From: a virus
Taxonomy: Duplodnaviria; Caudoviricetes
Length of the DNA: 39,250 nucleotides
Reading direction: 5' to 3' (one strand)
Virus record (IMG/VR): IMGVR_UViG_3300037484_000690
Coordinates: 1-39,250 of that record
This document shows positions 9,310 to 19,185 of this stretch, one piece after another; within the stretch, counting starts at the first letter, position 1; each line of letters begins with the position of its first letter. The position numbers and the translations under genes were made by a program. The notes beneath the pieces are model-generated. The model made no database searches and was not told the origin of the DNA. It worked only from the letters and a program-made list of their open reading frames with translations.

Positions 9310-9699
9310 CTATGTTCCGTGAATCTGAAGGGTTACGTCGTAGATGAAGGTGGCGGCCACGCCCAGGATGAAACTGATCACAACGGAATCACCAGACTCC
9401 AACCAGGCCGGGGATCCCGTAGAGATGGGGGCCAGGTCCAGCCCGATGGCCTGACAGACGTCCACCCGGTAGGGCCTGGAGCCCGTCGGGAGGCCGTGTT
9501 TGACGGTCAGGGACTCGCCGCCCGTAAATCGTACGGTCTTCCTGGTGGACCTCAGGTTGTCCGGAGAGATTCCCCCGGCCAGGATGCGATGCATGTCCGT
9601 GTTGTGGTCGTTGATGGCCCTGACGAGCGGAAGAAGGGCAGACCGTAGCTCCGGCCGCGCCCCCTCGACGTCAAGGTACCTCTGTCGCGGCAGCGCCAT
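9310..9699 (-). CDS. Hypothetical virion protein
   Basis: ATG 9699 overlaps the upstream TAA; within the structural operon. Confidence 0.6.
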   Translation of the reverse strand: MALPRQRYLDVEGARPELRSALLPLVRAINDHNTDMHRILAGGISPDNLRSTRKTVRFTGGESLTVKHGLPTGSRPYRVDVCQAIGLDLAPISTGSPAWLESGDSVVISFILGVAATFIYDVTLQIHGT

Positions 9700-12167
9700 T
9701 ACCTTCCGGTCCTCTCGCTGACATTCTGAAGGATTAGGGTCATGCCCTGGAGCTGGAACGGAGCCCATCCGGATCGGTGATTGAAGGAGACGGTCAGGTT
9801 GTTGGCCCGCTGCTTGCTTCGGGGGACCAGCACCCTGAGGTTACGGGTCTGCTGCCGGTTGGGGTGGATCCCATGCTCGGAAGCCACGATGTTGACGTGT
9901 TCCTCCAAGGGGTCTAGGTCGGAAGCGAAGGAAAGGGACGCCAGCGCCAGGGCGGTCGTCTTGAATGCCAGGGACGTCTCGCGCCAGCGATGGGATGCCC
10001 CTGGAGACCCCCCGTACGCTGGGGACCACTTGCAGACCGTGGGGATGCCCTCGTGGACGCTCGTGGCGCCGGCCGTGAGGCTCCAGTTCTGGGCGGTGTC
10101 GACCAGAAGGTACCTGAGGCCCGGGTCCACGAACAGGACCGTGGAGTAGATGGCCCCCGAAGCCTGACTGACCACGTCTCCGGGCGAGATTCCGGTCATG
10201 TCAGCCAGCACCAGGACGTTTCCGGAGTCCAGGTTCTGGTACGACACCACGTCGGTAGCGGGCCAGATCACTGAATCAGAGAAGTCCTGGATGGACCCAG
10301 TCTTGCGCTCCAGGTAGAGCCCAAACCCAAGACCCAGGAACGCCTTGTTGGTGCCTGGGTGCACGACCCCGGCCCTGAAGACCTTGGTGAACGGGCCCGT
10401 CCACTGCTTAAGCCGCTCCCCCCAGACGTAGCAGAGCGAGGGCGTGGTGTCACCAGGGAGAGCGGGGAGGGAGAGCCAGTACTGGCGCTCAGCCGGGTAG
10501 GAGAGCCCCCACCCCAGGCTAGCAGTCTTCGTCAGGATGGCGGGCTCGATGGCCGCCTTGAAGATGTCGTCCACGTCCAGGGCGATGTTCTCCACCTCCG
10601 AGTCCGTGAACCGGATGACGCCGTGGTTGAACAGCCCGATGGCCGAGTTGTGGAGGCCTACCAGGGAATTAGGGGAGACAAGGAAGAGGTCCAGGTTGTA
10701 GGGCTGGACGTCAAAATCGGCCACGCTGGTCCCCGTGAGCCTCCAGACCCCATCCTCCTTGAGGACGAAAAGGGCGTCACGAAGCGGGAGGATGCGGAGT
10801 ATGGCCTTGTCCTGGGCCCCGATGTCCACGAAGTTGAGGACGGGGACGGCTTCGGGCTGGAGGGGCTTGGAGAAGGCCAGGCGATTCAGGAAGTGCCGTA
10901 CCGGGGACGTGTCTCCGGAGGGGAAGACAAACACCCCGGTAGACGGGGACGTGGAGACCGTCAGGGCGGAGGTGGGGGAGTTGGAGGTCACCAGGAAGGA
11001 GTCCCCGGCTGCCACGAAGTTCCTCCCCGAGATGACGTCGGCGTGGACGCCAAGAACCGACGTATTGCCGTTGATGACCCTGACCAGATCGCCAACGAAA
11101 AAGTAGACGGAGACGTTGTTACGGTTGACTTGCCGCAGCGGTATACTGGTCGCAGTGTCGACCACGGTCACGTCCCCGCCCGGGAAGTGGTAGACGTCCC
11201 CGGCCAGGGGGTTCCTGGCCAGCGCGCACAGCACCGCCGGGTTGTAGTACGGAGCCGAGTAGAAGGAGATCCCTCGGTACGAGGCGAGGTCCATGGAGGC
11301 GGGAGGGGGCGAGTTGGACTGACTGATGCCCTCCTGGGAAGCGTTGGAGTACAGGGCCGCGGACATACGGCCCACGGAGTCGTTGATGAAAAACCGACTG
11401 TACCCCGAATACTCCGCCACCACGGCAGCCTCTCCGACCAGGAACTCTTCGTCCCCCGGTTCGTCGACGGTCGAAAAGAGAGTCCTGTAGACCAGCACCT
11501 TGTACCCGGCCGGGGGGGTACCTGCAAACTGACCCAGGAGCTGAACGATTACGTCTCCACCCGTGAAGTTGGACACCACCATCGGGTTGGATACGGGCCC
11601 GATGACCAGGTTTCCGCTCGCGTCGGTAAAGGAGAGGGCAACCCGGTAGGTAGCGTAGTTGGAGGTGGGAAAGACCCCTCCGGCGGACAGGGAGTATCCA
11701 TAAATCGAGGGCATGACCAGGCCGGCCGGACGAAGGGCCGCCATGCCAACGTCCATGGCCTGAATCCCCGCGCTCGACGCCAGGTACAGGTTACCCTTGG
11801 CCTCCATGCCCCTCACGAAGCCCACGGCTGGATTCCCGACTCCGGTGCCCACCCCAATGGTGGCTAGCACGGTCCCCAGGGGCAGGGCCACGGCAAGGGA
11901 GCTGGCATTGAAGGCAGTTACTGCACCGTCAGCGCTGACGGCGACGACATGCTTGTTGAACGTGACCAGGGAGGTGATCTCCTCGGCCATGTACTCGCTG
12001 GCGTCTACTGCAAGACCGATGCCGCGACGCGGCTCCCATAACCCCTGGTGGTTCAGAACCAGATTCTGGGCCACGGACAGGAAACCAGGGGCATCGCCTT
12101 GATCTACCTGGCTGTTGGCCGTTTGGAGGCCGCGGGCCTGGAGGTAGACGGTCTGGGAGACGGGCAT
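9699..12167 (-). CDS. Tail nozzle / stabilisation protein (P22 gp10- or T7 gp12-like)
   Basis: 822 aa, beta-rich; AQNLVLN...PRRG N-terminus; LAFSKPLQPEAVP and LFVLKEDGVWRLTG propeller-like motifs; follows the adaptor. Confidence 0.7.
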   Translation of the reverse strand: MPVSQTVYLQARGLQTANSQVDQGDAPGFLSVAQNLVLNHQGLWEPRRGIGLAVDASEYMAEEITSLVTFNKHVVAVSADGAVTAFNASSLAVALPLGTVLATIGVGTGVGNPAVGFVRGMEAKGNLYLASSAGIQAMDVGMAALRPAGLVMPSIYGYSLSAGGVFPTSNYATYRVALSFTDASGNLVIGPVSNPMVVSNFTGGDVIVQLLGQFAGTPPAGYKVLVYRTLFSTVDEPGDEEFLVGEAAVVAEYSGYSRFFINDSVGRMSAALYSNASQEGISQSNSPPPASMDLASYRGISFYSAPYYNPAVLCALARNPLAGDVYHFPGGDVTVVDTATSIPLRQVNRNNVSVYFFVGDLVRVINGNTSVLGVHADVISGRNFVAAGDSFLVTSNSPTSALTVSTSPSTGVFVFPSGDTSPVRHFLNRLAFSKPLQPEAVPVLNFVDIGAQDKAILRILPLRDALFVLKEDGVWRLTGTSVADFDVQPYNLDLFLVSPNSLVGLHNSAIGLFNHGVIRFTDSEVENIALDVDDIFKAAIEPAILTKTASLGWGLSYPAERQYWLSLPALPGDTTPSLCYVWGERLKQWTGPFTKVFRAGVVHPGTNKAFLGLGFGLYLERKTGSIQDFSDSVIWPATDVVSYQNLDSGNVLVLADMTGISPGDVVSQASGAIYSTVLFVDPGLRYLLVDTAQNWSLTAGATSVHEGIPTVCKWSPAYGGSPGASHRWRETSLAFKTTALALASLSFASDLDPLEEHVNIVASEHGIHPNRQQTRNLRVLVPRSKQRANNLTVSFNHRSGWAPFQLQGMTLILQNVSERTGR

Positions 12168-12182
12168 CTGTCCTACCTTTGG

Positions 12183-13382
12183 CTACATCCAGCGGCGGAG
12201 CGGCGAATGAACATTGTAGACGGTCCTGGGATTACTGCCGATTCTGTTCTTAACGAGCCCCATCCCCCTGGACATCATCGCCCCTAGCTTGGCGTTAGCC
12301 GCCTGGAGACCCTCCTGGTCCCCCAGTGCCTCAAGCATGCGGCAGGCAACCGCCTGGGCCAGTATGGGGTGCCACTCCACCGGCAGCTGGACGACGGCCG
12401 ACGTGTCCGCAACCGAAAGCTGGTCTCCAGCAACAAGAGTCGCGGGGAGAGGGTACGCAACCGGGTCGAACGACACCACGGCCCCCGAGAGAGCCCCGGG
12501 CTGGTCGTACGCCTGCATCCCGAAGTTGGGGTTGGAGCGTACCAGGTCGAAGTTCCCGACTACGGGGAAGGAGTCCGGGACGTTCGCCAGGGTCACTGTG
12601 TTGGTGGTGAAGTTGACGGACTGGATGACCGCCACATCCTCCGACAGGACCAGGCGGTTCGTCCTGAGGGCGAAGTAGACCCGCAGACCGCTCCAGGCCG
12701 TCCCTGGTGACACGTTGACATAGAGCTGGTCCCCCAGGATCCACAGGCCGAAGTTCTGGAACGGCATGTCAGCCGTGTCAACCCTGGGCACCTCCGTGGG
12801 CCGGCCGGAGGAGTCCAGAAGCTGGACCAGGGAGGGGTCGGCCCCGATGGCCCGGTACGGGATTTGGTAGGGCCCCAGGGTTCGCCCGGTAGGGTCCTGG
12901 GGGTCGAAGGCCATGGCGAAGTCCGTCCGGGCCTCGTAATACTTCTGGCGTACGGACAGGATGGCCGGGACCAGGGTGTTGCGCATCTCGTCCGTGGCGA
13001 AGGAAAGCAGGTCATCATCAGAGAACGTCCGGCCCGAGGCCACGGGAATCAGGGCGCGAAGCTTGGCGCTGGAGAGGATGGCGTCGGCCGTGTAGGGCCG
13101 GGAGATGCGCTCCGGGGGCTGGGAGCCGACCTGAAACGCGGGGCCCACGGTCTGGTTGGCCAGGGTGTCGACAATGACCAGTCGGTACCAGGTCGTGAGC
13201 GTCCCAGCTCCATCGTTGTAGTAGAAGCTGTTGGTGACGGTGCTGTAGACGCTGGGGTCTGAGGGCGTGTTGGGAATCGTCGCGATTGTCGCGTAGGGCC
13301 CAGCGAAGACGCTGGACGACTGGACCAAATAGCTGGCGATGATGGGGCTGGGCTGAGCGGGCCAGGATATGAGATTCGACAT
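12183..13382 (-). CDS. Head-tail adaptor (tail tubular A-like) with N-terminal Fn3-like domain
   Basis: LISW...YLV...YYND...WYRLVIVD Fn3 pattern; C-terminal LPVEWHPILAQAVACRMLE helix typical of adaptors. Confidence 0.6.
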   Translation of the reverse strand: MSNLISWPAQPSPIIASYLVQSSSVFAGPYATIATIPNTPSDPSVYSTVTNSFYYNDGAGTLTTWYRLVIVDTLANQTVGPAFQVGSQPPERISRPYTADAILSSAKLRALIPVASGRTFSDDDLLSFATDEMRNTLVPAILSVRQKYYEARTDFAMAFDPQDPTGRTLGPYQIPYRAIGADPSLVQLLDSSGRPTEVPRVDTADMPFQNFGLWILGDQLYVNVSPGTAWSGLRVYFALRTNRLVLSEDVAVIQSVNFTTNTVTLANVPDSFPVVGNFDLVRSNPNFGMQAYDQPGALSGAVVSFDPVAYPLPATLVAGDQLSVADTSAVVQLPVEWHPILAQAVACRMLEALGDQEGLQAANAKLGAMMSRGMGLVKNRIGSNPRTVYNVHSPLRRWM

Positions 13383-13400
13383 GGGTCTCCAGGGCTCCGG

Positions 13401-15491
13401 CTAGGCGAATCCGGTCCAGGTTCCAGCGTTCTTGATGTAGATCCTCTGATTCAGGGTTCCCGGGGTGTCAGTCCTGAAGAACATGTCACCATCGTTGCCG
13501 TCCGCGTTGCTAGGTGCCCCCGCCCCCTGATAGATGGCTCCCGACTGGGCGCCGTTACCAGTGTCCCCAGGGCTGATGCCGCCCACCGTCTCGAACCGCA
13601 GGGTGTCGAAGGCGAACCGGAACCGAGTGTTGCCGGCGTTGTCCTGGAGCTGGTATTCGGTGGGGGTCCAGAACTCATTGTAGTTCGTGACGCCAGTGAA
13701 CTTGTGCTCGATCTGATGATACGCTGCCCCGGCTGCGGGCATGTCCCGGTGCTCGATGTATTGTGTGCCAGCCAGGGTCTCGTGCTTGGAGTCCGGGATG
13801 AACTTGATGGCCGTGGCGTTGTTGACGGTCAGGACATCGCTCGCCGTGGGTGAGATACCCCAGAAGGTGACCTGAGTATCCGCCGTCGTGTTACCGAGGA
13901 TCGTCACGACACCGTTGAACGCGCTGTAGCCTCTGACCTCGGCCGACACCGCCCCGAGCTGGTCGTCAAACAGAACGGCAGCCGGGGAGTTGATGACCCT
14001 GATGTTCGTAAAGTGGGGACACAGGCTCCCGTTGGCCGTGACGCTCAGGATCTTGCCCAGGACCCTTTCGGCGTAGAGCCCAAACCACTCAGTGTTGTCG
14101 GAACCATCATCCACGAAGCCCACCAGCGACACTTCGGCGATGAGGTTCCTGGCCGACACCGACGTGGCAGCGGCAACGATATACGCTGTCCCGTCCACGT
14201 CGTTTGTGGAGACATAGGAGTTCTCCACCGAGCATCCGTTGGCGGCGTTGAAGAACTGGAACCCCACGCCTCCAGCGTTCGTCACGTTGATACCCACCTG
14301 GCGAGCATGGAAGGACCAGGACCCCGACACGCGGACCCCGTTGGTGAACGTCCCAACCGCCCCCACGTTGGCCAGGCTGCTGGTGGCGGCCCCCGTCATC
14401 AGGATGCCCCCCAGGACTCCAGCCGTGGCCGTAGCGACGGTCAGATCCCTGACCGTGACGTCCCGGACCTCCGAGTAGGTTCCAGCGTCTATATCGGCTC
14501 CTAGGATGTCTGTGGTGGTTGTTTTGAGGGCTCCGGAAGCCACCACGAAGTTCCCGGACTGGAGGGCGTAGGAGGCGGCCACGGCGGGCACAAAGAAGAT
14601 CACGGTTCCCGGGCACTGGGCGGCCGGAACCGTAGCGATGTTGCCGTTATCGAAGAAGACCCTCCCCGAGCCCTGGAGGTTGACGTAGGCGGGAACGTAC
14701 AGGGTGGCCGTGGTCTTGTACTTGCCCTTGGGGAAGAAGACCGTTCCACCGTACCTGTAGGCGGAGGCAAGGGAGGCTGGAGGTATGGAGGACTGGGATA
14801 CGGCGAAGATGGCCGCCTGAATGGCCGTTGTGTCGTCCGTGACGCCATCGCCCTTGGCTCCGAACGCCTTGACGTTCACGAACTGGGCCTGCCAGTCCTG
14901 GATGGAGATGGGCGTGGTGCTTCCCGTGGCGATGACCTTGGAGTCGGGAAGGGTGGCCAGGTGGTCCGCAAGGTACCTGGGCGTAGCCGCCCCCGTAGCG
15001 ATGACCTTGGCGTCCGGAACCGTCGCGAGGTGGTCCGCCAGGGACCTGGGGGTGGCCGCCCCCGTGGCCGTGATTCTGGCGTCGGGAAGGGTGGCCAGGT
15101 GGGCGGCCAGGGTCCTAGACGGGAACGTAGGGACCGTGACTAGGCCTAGGGAATAGTCCACGTTCGTAGGACTGTAGGACAGCACCCCCCCAGCCAGAAG
15201 GAGCCCCGCACCACTGGTGACCGAGTTGATGGCGCCCCCGCCCGTGACGCCCAGGGCCAGGAGCTGCCAGTTGGGATTCCCTACCGCAGGAGCGCTCCCC
15301 AGGCTATTTGCGATGGCGACCCAGGAGCTGTTGTTTGACTGGACCCCCATTCCGTAGGTGTAGGGCGTGGCTGGGGACCAGTTCCCCACCCACACAAGGC
15401 CCCCCACGCCCGCAACGGACGCCTGACCCAGGATGGACAGGGGCGGGGGGTTGGAGTTCTGAGCTGAGCCCTGGGGGACGGAGATGGTCAT
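13401..15491 (-). CDS. Tailspike 1 (pectate-lyase-like beta-helix) with N-terminal CBM5/12-like module
   Basis: VNVKAFGAKGDGVTDDTTAIQAAI and GTVFFPKGKY motifs; WSPATPY...SSWVA...P...W module. Confidence 0.8.
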   Translation of the reverse strand: MTISVPQGSAQNSNPPPLSILGQASVAGVGGLVWVGNWSPATPYTYGMGVQSNNSSWVAIANSLGSAPAVGNPNWQLLALGVTGGGAINSVTSGAGLLLAGGVLSYSPTNVDYSLGLVTVPTFPSRTLAAHLATLPDARITATGAATPRSLADHLATVPDAKVIATGAATPRYLADHLATLPDSKVIATGSTTPISIQDWQAQFVNVKAFGAKGDGVTDDTTAIQAAIFAVSQSSIPPASLASAYRYGGTVFFPKGKYKTTATLYVPAYVNLQGSGRVFFDNGNIATVPAAQCPGTVIFFVPAVAASYALQSGNFVVASGALKTTTTDILGADIDAGTYSEVRDVTVRDLTVATATAGVLGGILMTGAATSSLANVGAVGTFTNGVRVSGSWSFHARQVGINVTNAGGVGFQFFNAANGCSVENSYVSTNDVDGTAYIVAAATSVSARNLIAEVSLVGFVDDGSDNTEWFGLYAERVLGKILSVTANGSLCPHFTNIRVINSPAAVLFDDQLGAVSAEVRGYSAFNGVVTILGNTTADTQVTFWGISPTASDVLTVNNATAIKFIPDSKHETLAGTQYIEHRDMPAAGAAYHQIEHKFTGVTNYNEFWTPTEYQLQDNAGNTRFRFAFDTLRFETVGGISPGDTGNGAQSGAIYQGAGAPSNADGNDGDMFFRTDTPGTLNQRIYIKNAGTWTGFA
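14925..15115 (-). repeat. Three imperfect 69-bp (23-aa) tandem repeats in tailspike 1
   Basis: Equivalent positions at 14941, 15010 and 15079; unit PDAxxxATGAATPRxLADHLATx. Confidence 0.85.
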
Positions 15492-18047
15492 CTAGTTCAC
15501 CACTTCCCACCCGAACTTGGTGATGCCTGTGGCGTTCGCAGTCAAATTCACGACGAAGGACCCGGCGCCCGGGACCACGTTCTTGAGGATGGCCGTGGCG
15601 TCATTGGTCTGGATGACCACGTGGACCCGGCTGGTGGCCGTGACAAGGGAGTTCGTAATGGCGACCGCCGCCGTGCCGGCCGAGAACGCATTGATGCCGT
15701 GCGGAAGATTGACGGTCCGGTTTCCGGGGGTGGCGGAGTCATCGAGAAAGGTGACCGCCCCGGTCTTTCGGTCGCCGTCCTTGCCGATGGCGAATACCTC
15801 GTTCGTCCCGAAGTCTCGATACAGGGCTACCGCTTTCGCGCCGGCGGTGGTCAGGGCGTTATTGTTCGCCAGCTTGCATCCAGTGGCAGAAGCTTCGTTG
15901 GACGCATTTCCCGACACTACGATGGACTGCCCCGCCGCGGCGTTTGTTACGATGGAGTTCCCAACCCTTACCCCGTTGAAGGTTGAAGTTCCGTCTTTAT
16001 CCACAAAGGCGCGCTCGCTCCCGCCGTTCCGGAAGCTGGCGACCTTCGCCCCAGACGTTGACAGCGCGGGGGAGGCGTCCAGCACCACCCCCACGGCTGA
16101 GGCGCCATCCGGAGCAGTTCCCTGGATCGTCAGTGCGGACGTATCGATCGGGCGAAGCCTGCTGGATACGTCCCCGACTGGGAGTCGCAGTGGCACCGCA
16201 AGCGTGCCGGACACCAGGTCGTTGGCCACATACGGTATGGATGTGGCCTGCACGTTCTTGGGTGGATTCACAAGATACATGACGTCAGTGACCCATATAA
16301 TATCCCCAGCCTCAAATCCAGCTATCAAAAATCCAAGCTGAAGCTGACCGGTGAACGCAGACGATTCCTTGACTTTGAACATCGAGACAACTGGGCGCCA
16401 GTCTTCGTCCACATACGGCTGAGAAGACGTCTCTCCAATAACGTCCAGGCTGGTTGGACCGTTATTTAGTTGCACGACAAAGCGCGTGTGCAGTGGTCCG
16501 CCCGGGAACGGGAGCTGTCGATAAAGCGGACGGTTGGCCTTGACCATGGCGGTCAACACAACCTCGTCACCCGCCACCAGGGTCGGCCCCAGGGACTTGA
16601 AGGCCAGGCAATTACCACCGGGAGTACCCGTCGCGGTTACCTTCATGCTGGTTGAGGTAGTTACGCCGACGGCAGCGTCCTGCGAAACCGTTCCTTCTCC
16701 GCCTGCTACCGCCCAACCTGTCACGCCAAGCCGGAACGAGGAGTCGTTCACATGGTTGACGACGCCACCGCGAGCCACCTTGTCGACGCTGGGAATCCCC
16801 TGTCCGGCAGGGTAGGTGTTATCTTGACCCAGGTCTACAATTGACTTGCTGTTGCTAAGAAATCCCTCGAATGAGTTGTGGTGCGTGTCGGGCCCGAAAT
16901 ACCCCACCAGGGCGTCCGTTCCGCCCGAGACATTGTCTTCGTAATACCCACGGAAATGGTTACCGGACCCAAAGTCCACCCAGAAGCCCGCCCCATTCAC
17001 GGGGCCCGAGTAGTCCACGTCGAAATAGTTGGTATTCCCAATGACCACGTGAACCGCATTCATCCCTGCGAACTTGAACTGGCACCTGGTCGCCCATATC
17101 AAGTTTGCATCATTCAGCCTGAGACCGTCTCGCCCCTGGACCGCTCCAAGGCAGGAATCGATGCTGCACGTGTATACCTGATTGAGCTGGATCCCGTCCT
17201 GCCCCTTGTAGCAGCGGACGTGGTCCATCTGCCACTTGCGTCCCGTGACCCTAACAATGGCCTCGTGAATCGAGTTGAGTCCGACAAGATCCAGGCCAGA
17301 CATGCTAGCGCAGTTTTGGTCGTCCAGCGACGTCGCGCCCGGAACGTCTATGCAGACCTGAGCGTCGTTGTTAGACCACTGAATGTGCGCCATTCCGCCA
17401 CGAGTCAGGGCATTCATCTCCCCCTGCATGCGAAACGGGACGTTATTCGGGTAGGTGAACGTACCTGTATGGTTATACGTGCCAGCGGGGATATACATCG
17501 TCCCGCCGCCGGCCGAAACGACGGCCGCCTTGCACGCGGCGAATGCGACTGCGTTCTGCGTGGACCCGTTACCGACCGCCCCAAACCACTTGACGTTGAA
17601 CAGATACGAGTTGGCGGAGGCAAAAGAGACGGTCCCACCCCCGCTCGTGTCGAAGCGAAAGGATTCGTCGCTCCTGAACGCCCCCTCCAGCGTCACTGAC
17701 CCGCCCGCGTTCACCACCAGCCGCCCCGTGGACACCATCTCCACCGGAGCAGTGATGGTTCCGATGGCTGTCGTGATGGTCTGAGGCGTCGAGATCATCA
17801 GCGTCTTGCCGCTCGCGTTGGCCGCCGCTACCGCCGCCGCGAAGGTCGCGAAGTCCTGAGCCCAGTGGACGTTGGCCCAGCGCTCCTCCAGCGCGTGCGG
17901 AACCGTGGACCCGAGGGCCGTCACATCCCCAGCAGACAGGTCTCCAGCCACAATGCCGCCACTGATGACCCCGGTGACGTTCAGGTCACCCTCGATCTCG
18001 GTGGAGATGGGGTTTACAAACTGCTTCATGAACAGGGGGGTAGCCAT
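15492..18047 (-). CDS. Tailspike 2 (beta-helix plus carbohydrate-binding-like domain)
   Basis: FNVKWFGAVGNGSTQN and GGTMYIPAGTY motifs; NHVNDSSF..GVTGW CBM-like start; 851 aa. Confidence 0.8.
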   Translation of the reverse strand: MATPLFMKQFVNPISTEIEGDLNVTGVISGGIVAGDLSAGDVTALGSTVPHALEERWANVHWAQDFATFAAAVAAANASGKTLMISTPQTITTAIGTITAPVEMVSTGRLVVNAGGSVTLEGAFRSDESFRFDTSGGGTVSFASANSYLFNVKWFGAVGNGSTQNAVAFAACKAAVVSAGGGTMYIPAGTYNHTGTFTYPNNVPFRMQGEMNALTRGGMAHIQWSNNDAQVCIDVPGATSLDDQNCASMSGLDLVGLNSIHEAIVRVTGRKWQMDHVRCYKGQDGIQLNQVYTCSIDSCLGAVQGRDGLRLNDANLIWATRCQFKFAGMNAVHVVIGNTNYFDVDYSGPVNGAGFWVDFGSGNHFRGYYEDNVSGGTDALVGYFGPDTHHNSFEGFLSNSKSIVDLGQDNTYPAGQGIPSVDKVARGGVVNHVNDSSFRLGVTGWAVAGGEGTVSQDAAVGVTTSTSMKVTATGTPGGNCLAFKSLGPTLVAGDEVVLTAMVKANRPLYRQLPFPGGPLHTRFVVQLNNGPTSLDVIGETSSQPYVDEDWRPVVSMFKVKESSAFTGQLQLGFLIAGFEAGDIIWVTDVMYLVNPPKNVQATSIPYVANDLVSGTLAVPLRLPVGDVSSRLRPIDTSALTIQGTAPDGASAVGVVLDASPALSTSGAKVASFRNGGSERAFVDKDGTSTFNGVRVGNSIVTNAAAGQSIVVSGNASNEASATGCKLANNNALTTAGAKAVALYRDFGTNEVFAIGKDGDRKTGAVTFLDDSATPGNRTVNLPHGINAFSAGTAAVAITNSLVTATSRVHVVIQTNDATAILKNVVPGAGSFVVNLTANATGITKFGWEVVN

Positions 18048-18397
18048 TAGCGTGCGCCTCTCTTGCCGAACATGCCGGAAACTATAGACTTAGCCTTCTT
18101 GCTGTCCTCGTCCTCGTCCTCTTCCTCGTCCTCGGACTCCCCAGCCTCAACCGAGGCGACCAGGTCCGCAGGCGCACCCATCGCCTCCCCCGGATCCTCG
18201 ACCGGCATGCCTTCGCCCAGCTCCTCGCCGGGCAGCTCCTCCGACTCCGGAGCCCCCTTGACGGCCTCCTCGGCCTTCTCGCCCAGCTCGTGGGCCACGT
18301 CCGGCTGACCCTCGGAGCGGAGAGCCGACAGAGCACGCTGCTCGAGTTGCTCCATCTGCTCGATGATGTCACGAAGGACGTCGATCTGAACGCTCAT
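18047..18397 (-). CDS. Acidic hypothetical protein
   Basis: GGAG RBS; Glu/Asp-rich; stop overlaps the tailspike ATG. Confidence 0.7.
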   Translation of the reverse strand: MSVQIDVLRDIIEQMEQLEQRALSALRSEGQPDVAHELGEKAEEAVKGAPESEELPGEELGEGMPVEDPGEAMGAPADLVASVEAGESEDEEEDEDEDSKKAKSIVSGMFGKRGAR

Positions 18398-18511
18398 GGT
18401 GTCTCCAGGCTACAGGCTGCGGGGGACGGGGTCCCCGGGGAAGATTTTGGTGGTTCCAGGGAGGGGCGGCGGGACGCATTCGTTCTCTTCGGCCCAGGCG
18501 GACAAACGGCT

Positions 18512-18631
18512 CTACAGGCGCCCCGTAGCGCGACGTTCGCCATACCGGGTACCCAACCATAGCCCCCCGCCCAGAGAAGCGAGCAGCGAGGCGCCCAGGG
18601 CCATCCTACGAAGGGTCTTGACTCGGATCAT
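18512..18631 (-). CDS. 39-aa membrane-anchored peptide (not in the ORF track), possible lysis accessory
   Basis: AAGGAG RBS; MIRVKTLRRMALGASLLASLGGGLWLGTRYGERRATGRL. Confidence 0.5.
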   Translation of the reverse strand: MIRVKTLRRMALGASLLASLGGGLWLGTRYGERRATGRL

Positions 18632-18809
18632 CTTTCCGCTCCTTCGTGACCGCGTGATGCCCGACCATGCCCGCGTAGGTAAGGGTCACCAGGGTGGCCC
18701 ACGTCTGAAAGGCGGGGAGCATGTCCGGGCTCCTGGAGGTTACGGCCAGGGATATGGTCGCCAGGACAAGCACCCAGTAGAAGGGAGTCCTCCTGCTTGC
18801 ACTGTTCAT
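18606..18809 (-). CDS. Putative holin (two hydrophobic segments, charged tail)
   Basis: GAGGTGG RBS; ATG overlaps the upstream TGA; adjacent to the peptidoglycan enzyme. Confidence 0.5.
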   Translation of the reverse strand: MNSASRRTPFYWVLVLATISLAVTSRSPDMLPAFQTWATLVTLTYAGMVGHHAVTKERKDDPSQDPS

Positions 18810-19171
18810 GCCACCACCTCGAGCCGACGATCCCCTGACTTCCACACCATCTCCCTGGCGACCCTGGCCAGGATAATGCATCCATGGGACGCCGTCCCAG
18901 GATTCTTGATGCTGTCCCCGTGAATCAGGAACCCACTCCTCCCAAAGACCTCAGTCCCGTGCTCCGGGACCAGACGCATGACGTAGGGGCCGTGAACGGT
19001 CTGGCCTTCGGTCAGGGACTGGATCCTCCAGAAACCCCGGGGTATGGGGCCAACGTTTCGGACGTCCTGCTTCTCCGGGTTCCCCTTGCCGTCCCCAAAT
19101 CCCGCATAGCCATGAGCGACACAGACGCCGCCCCTGAGCAACTCTCCAGAGCCCTGCTCGAAAGTCCACAT
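18806..19171 (-). CDS. Tlde1/DUF2778-family L,D-transpeptidase-like peptidoglycan enzyme, putative endolysin
   Basis: GPIPRGFWRI, GRSGFLIHGD and ASHGCII motifs (His...Cys catalytic pair). Confidence 0.8.
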   Translation of the reverse strand: MWTFEQGSGELLRGGVCVAHGYAGFGDGKGNPEKQDVRNVGPIPRGFWRIQSLTEGQTVHGPYVMRLVPEHGTEVFGRSGFLIHGDSIKNPGTASHGCIILARVAREMVWKSGDRRLEVVA

Positions 19172-19185
19172 TCAAGGCTCCGGGT

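Noticed and set aside
10359-11867. Long plus-strand ORFs antisense to structural genes (also 21575-22909 and 24304-25794)
   Set aside because: Shadow ORFs expected from high GC3 codon bias; no motifs or RBS
13401-18047. Diversity-generating retroelement or invertible tail-fibre switch
   Set aside because: No reverse transcriptase, invertase or template/variable repeat pair seen
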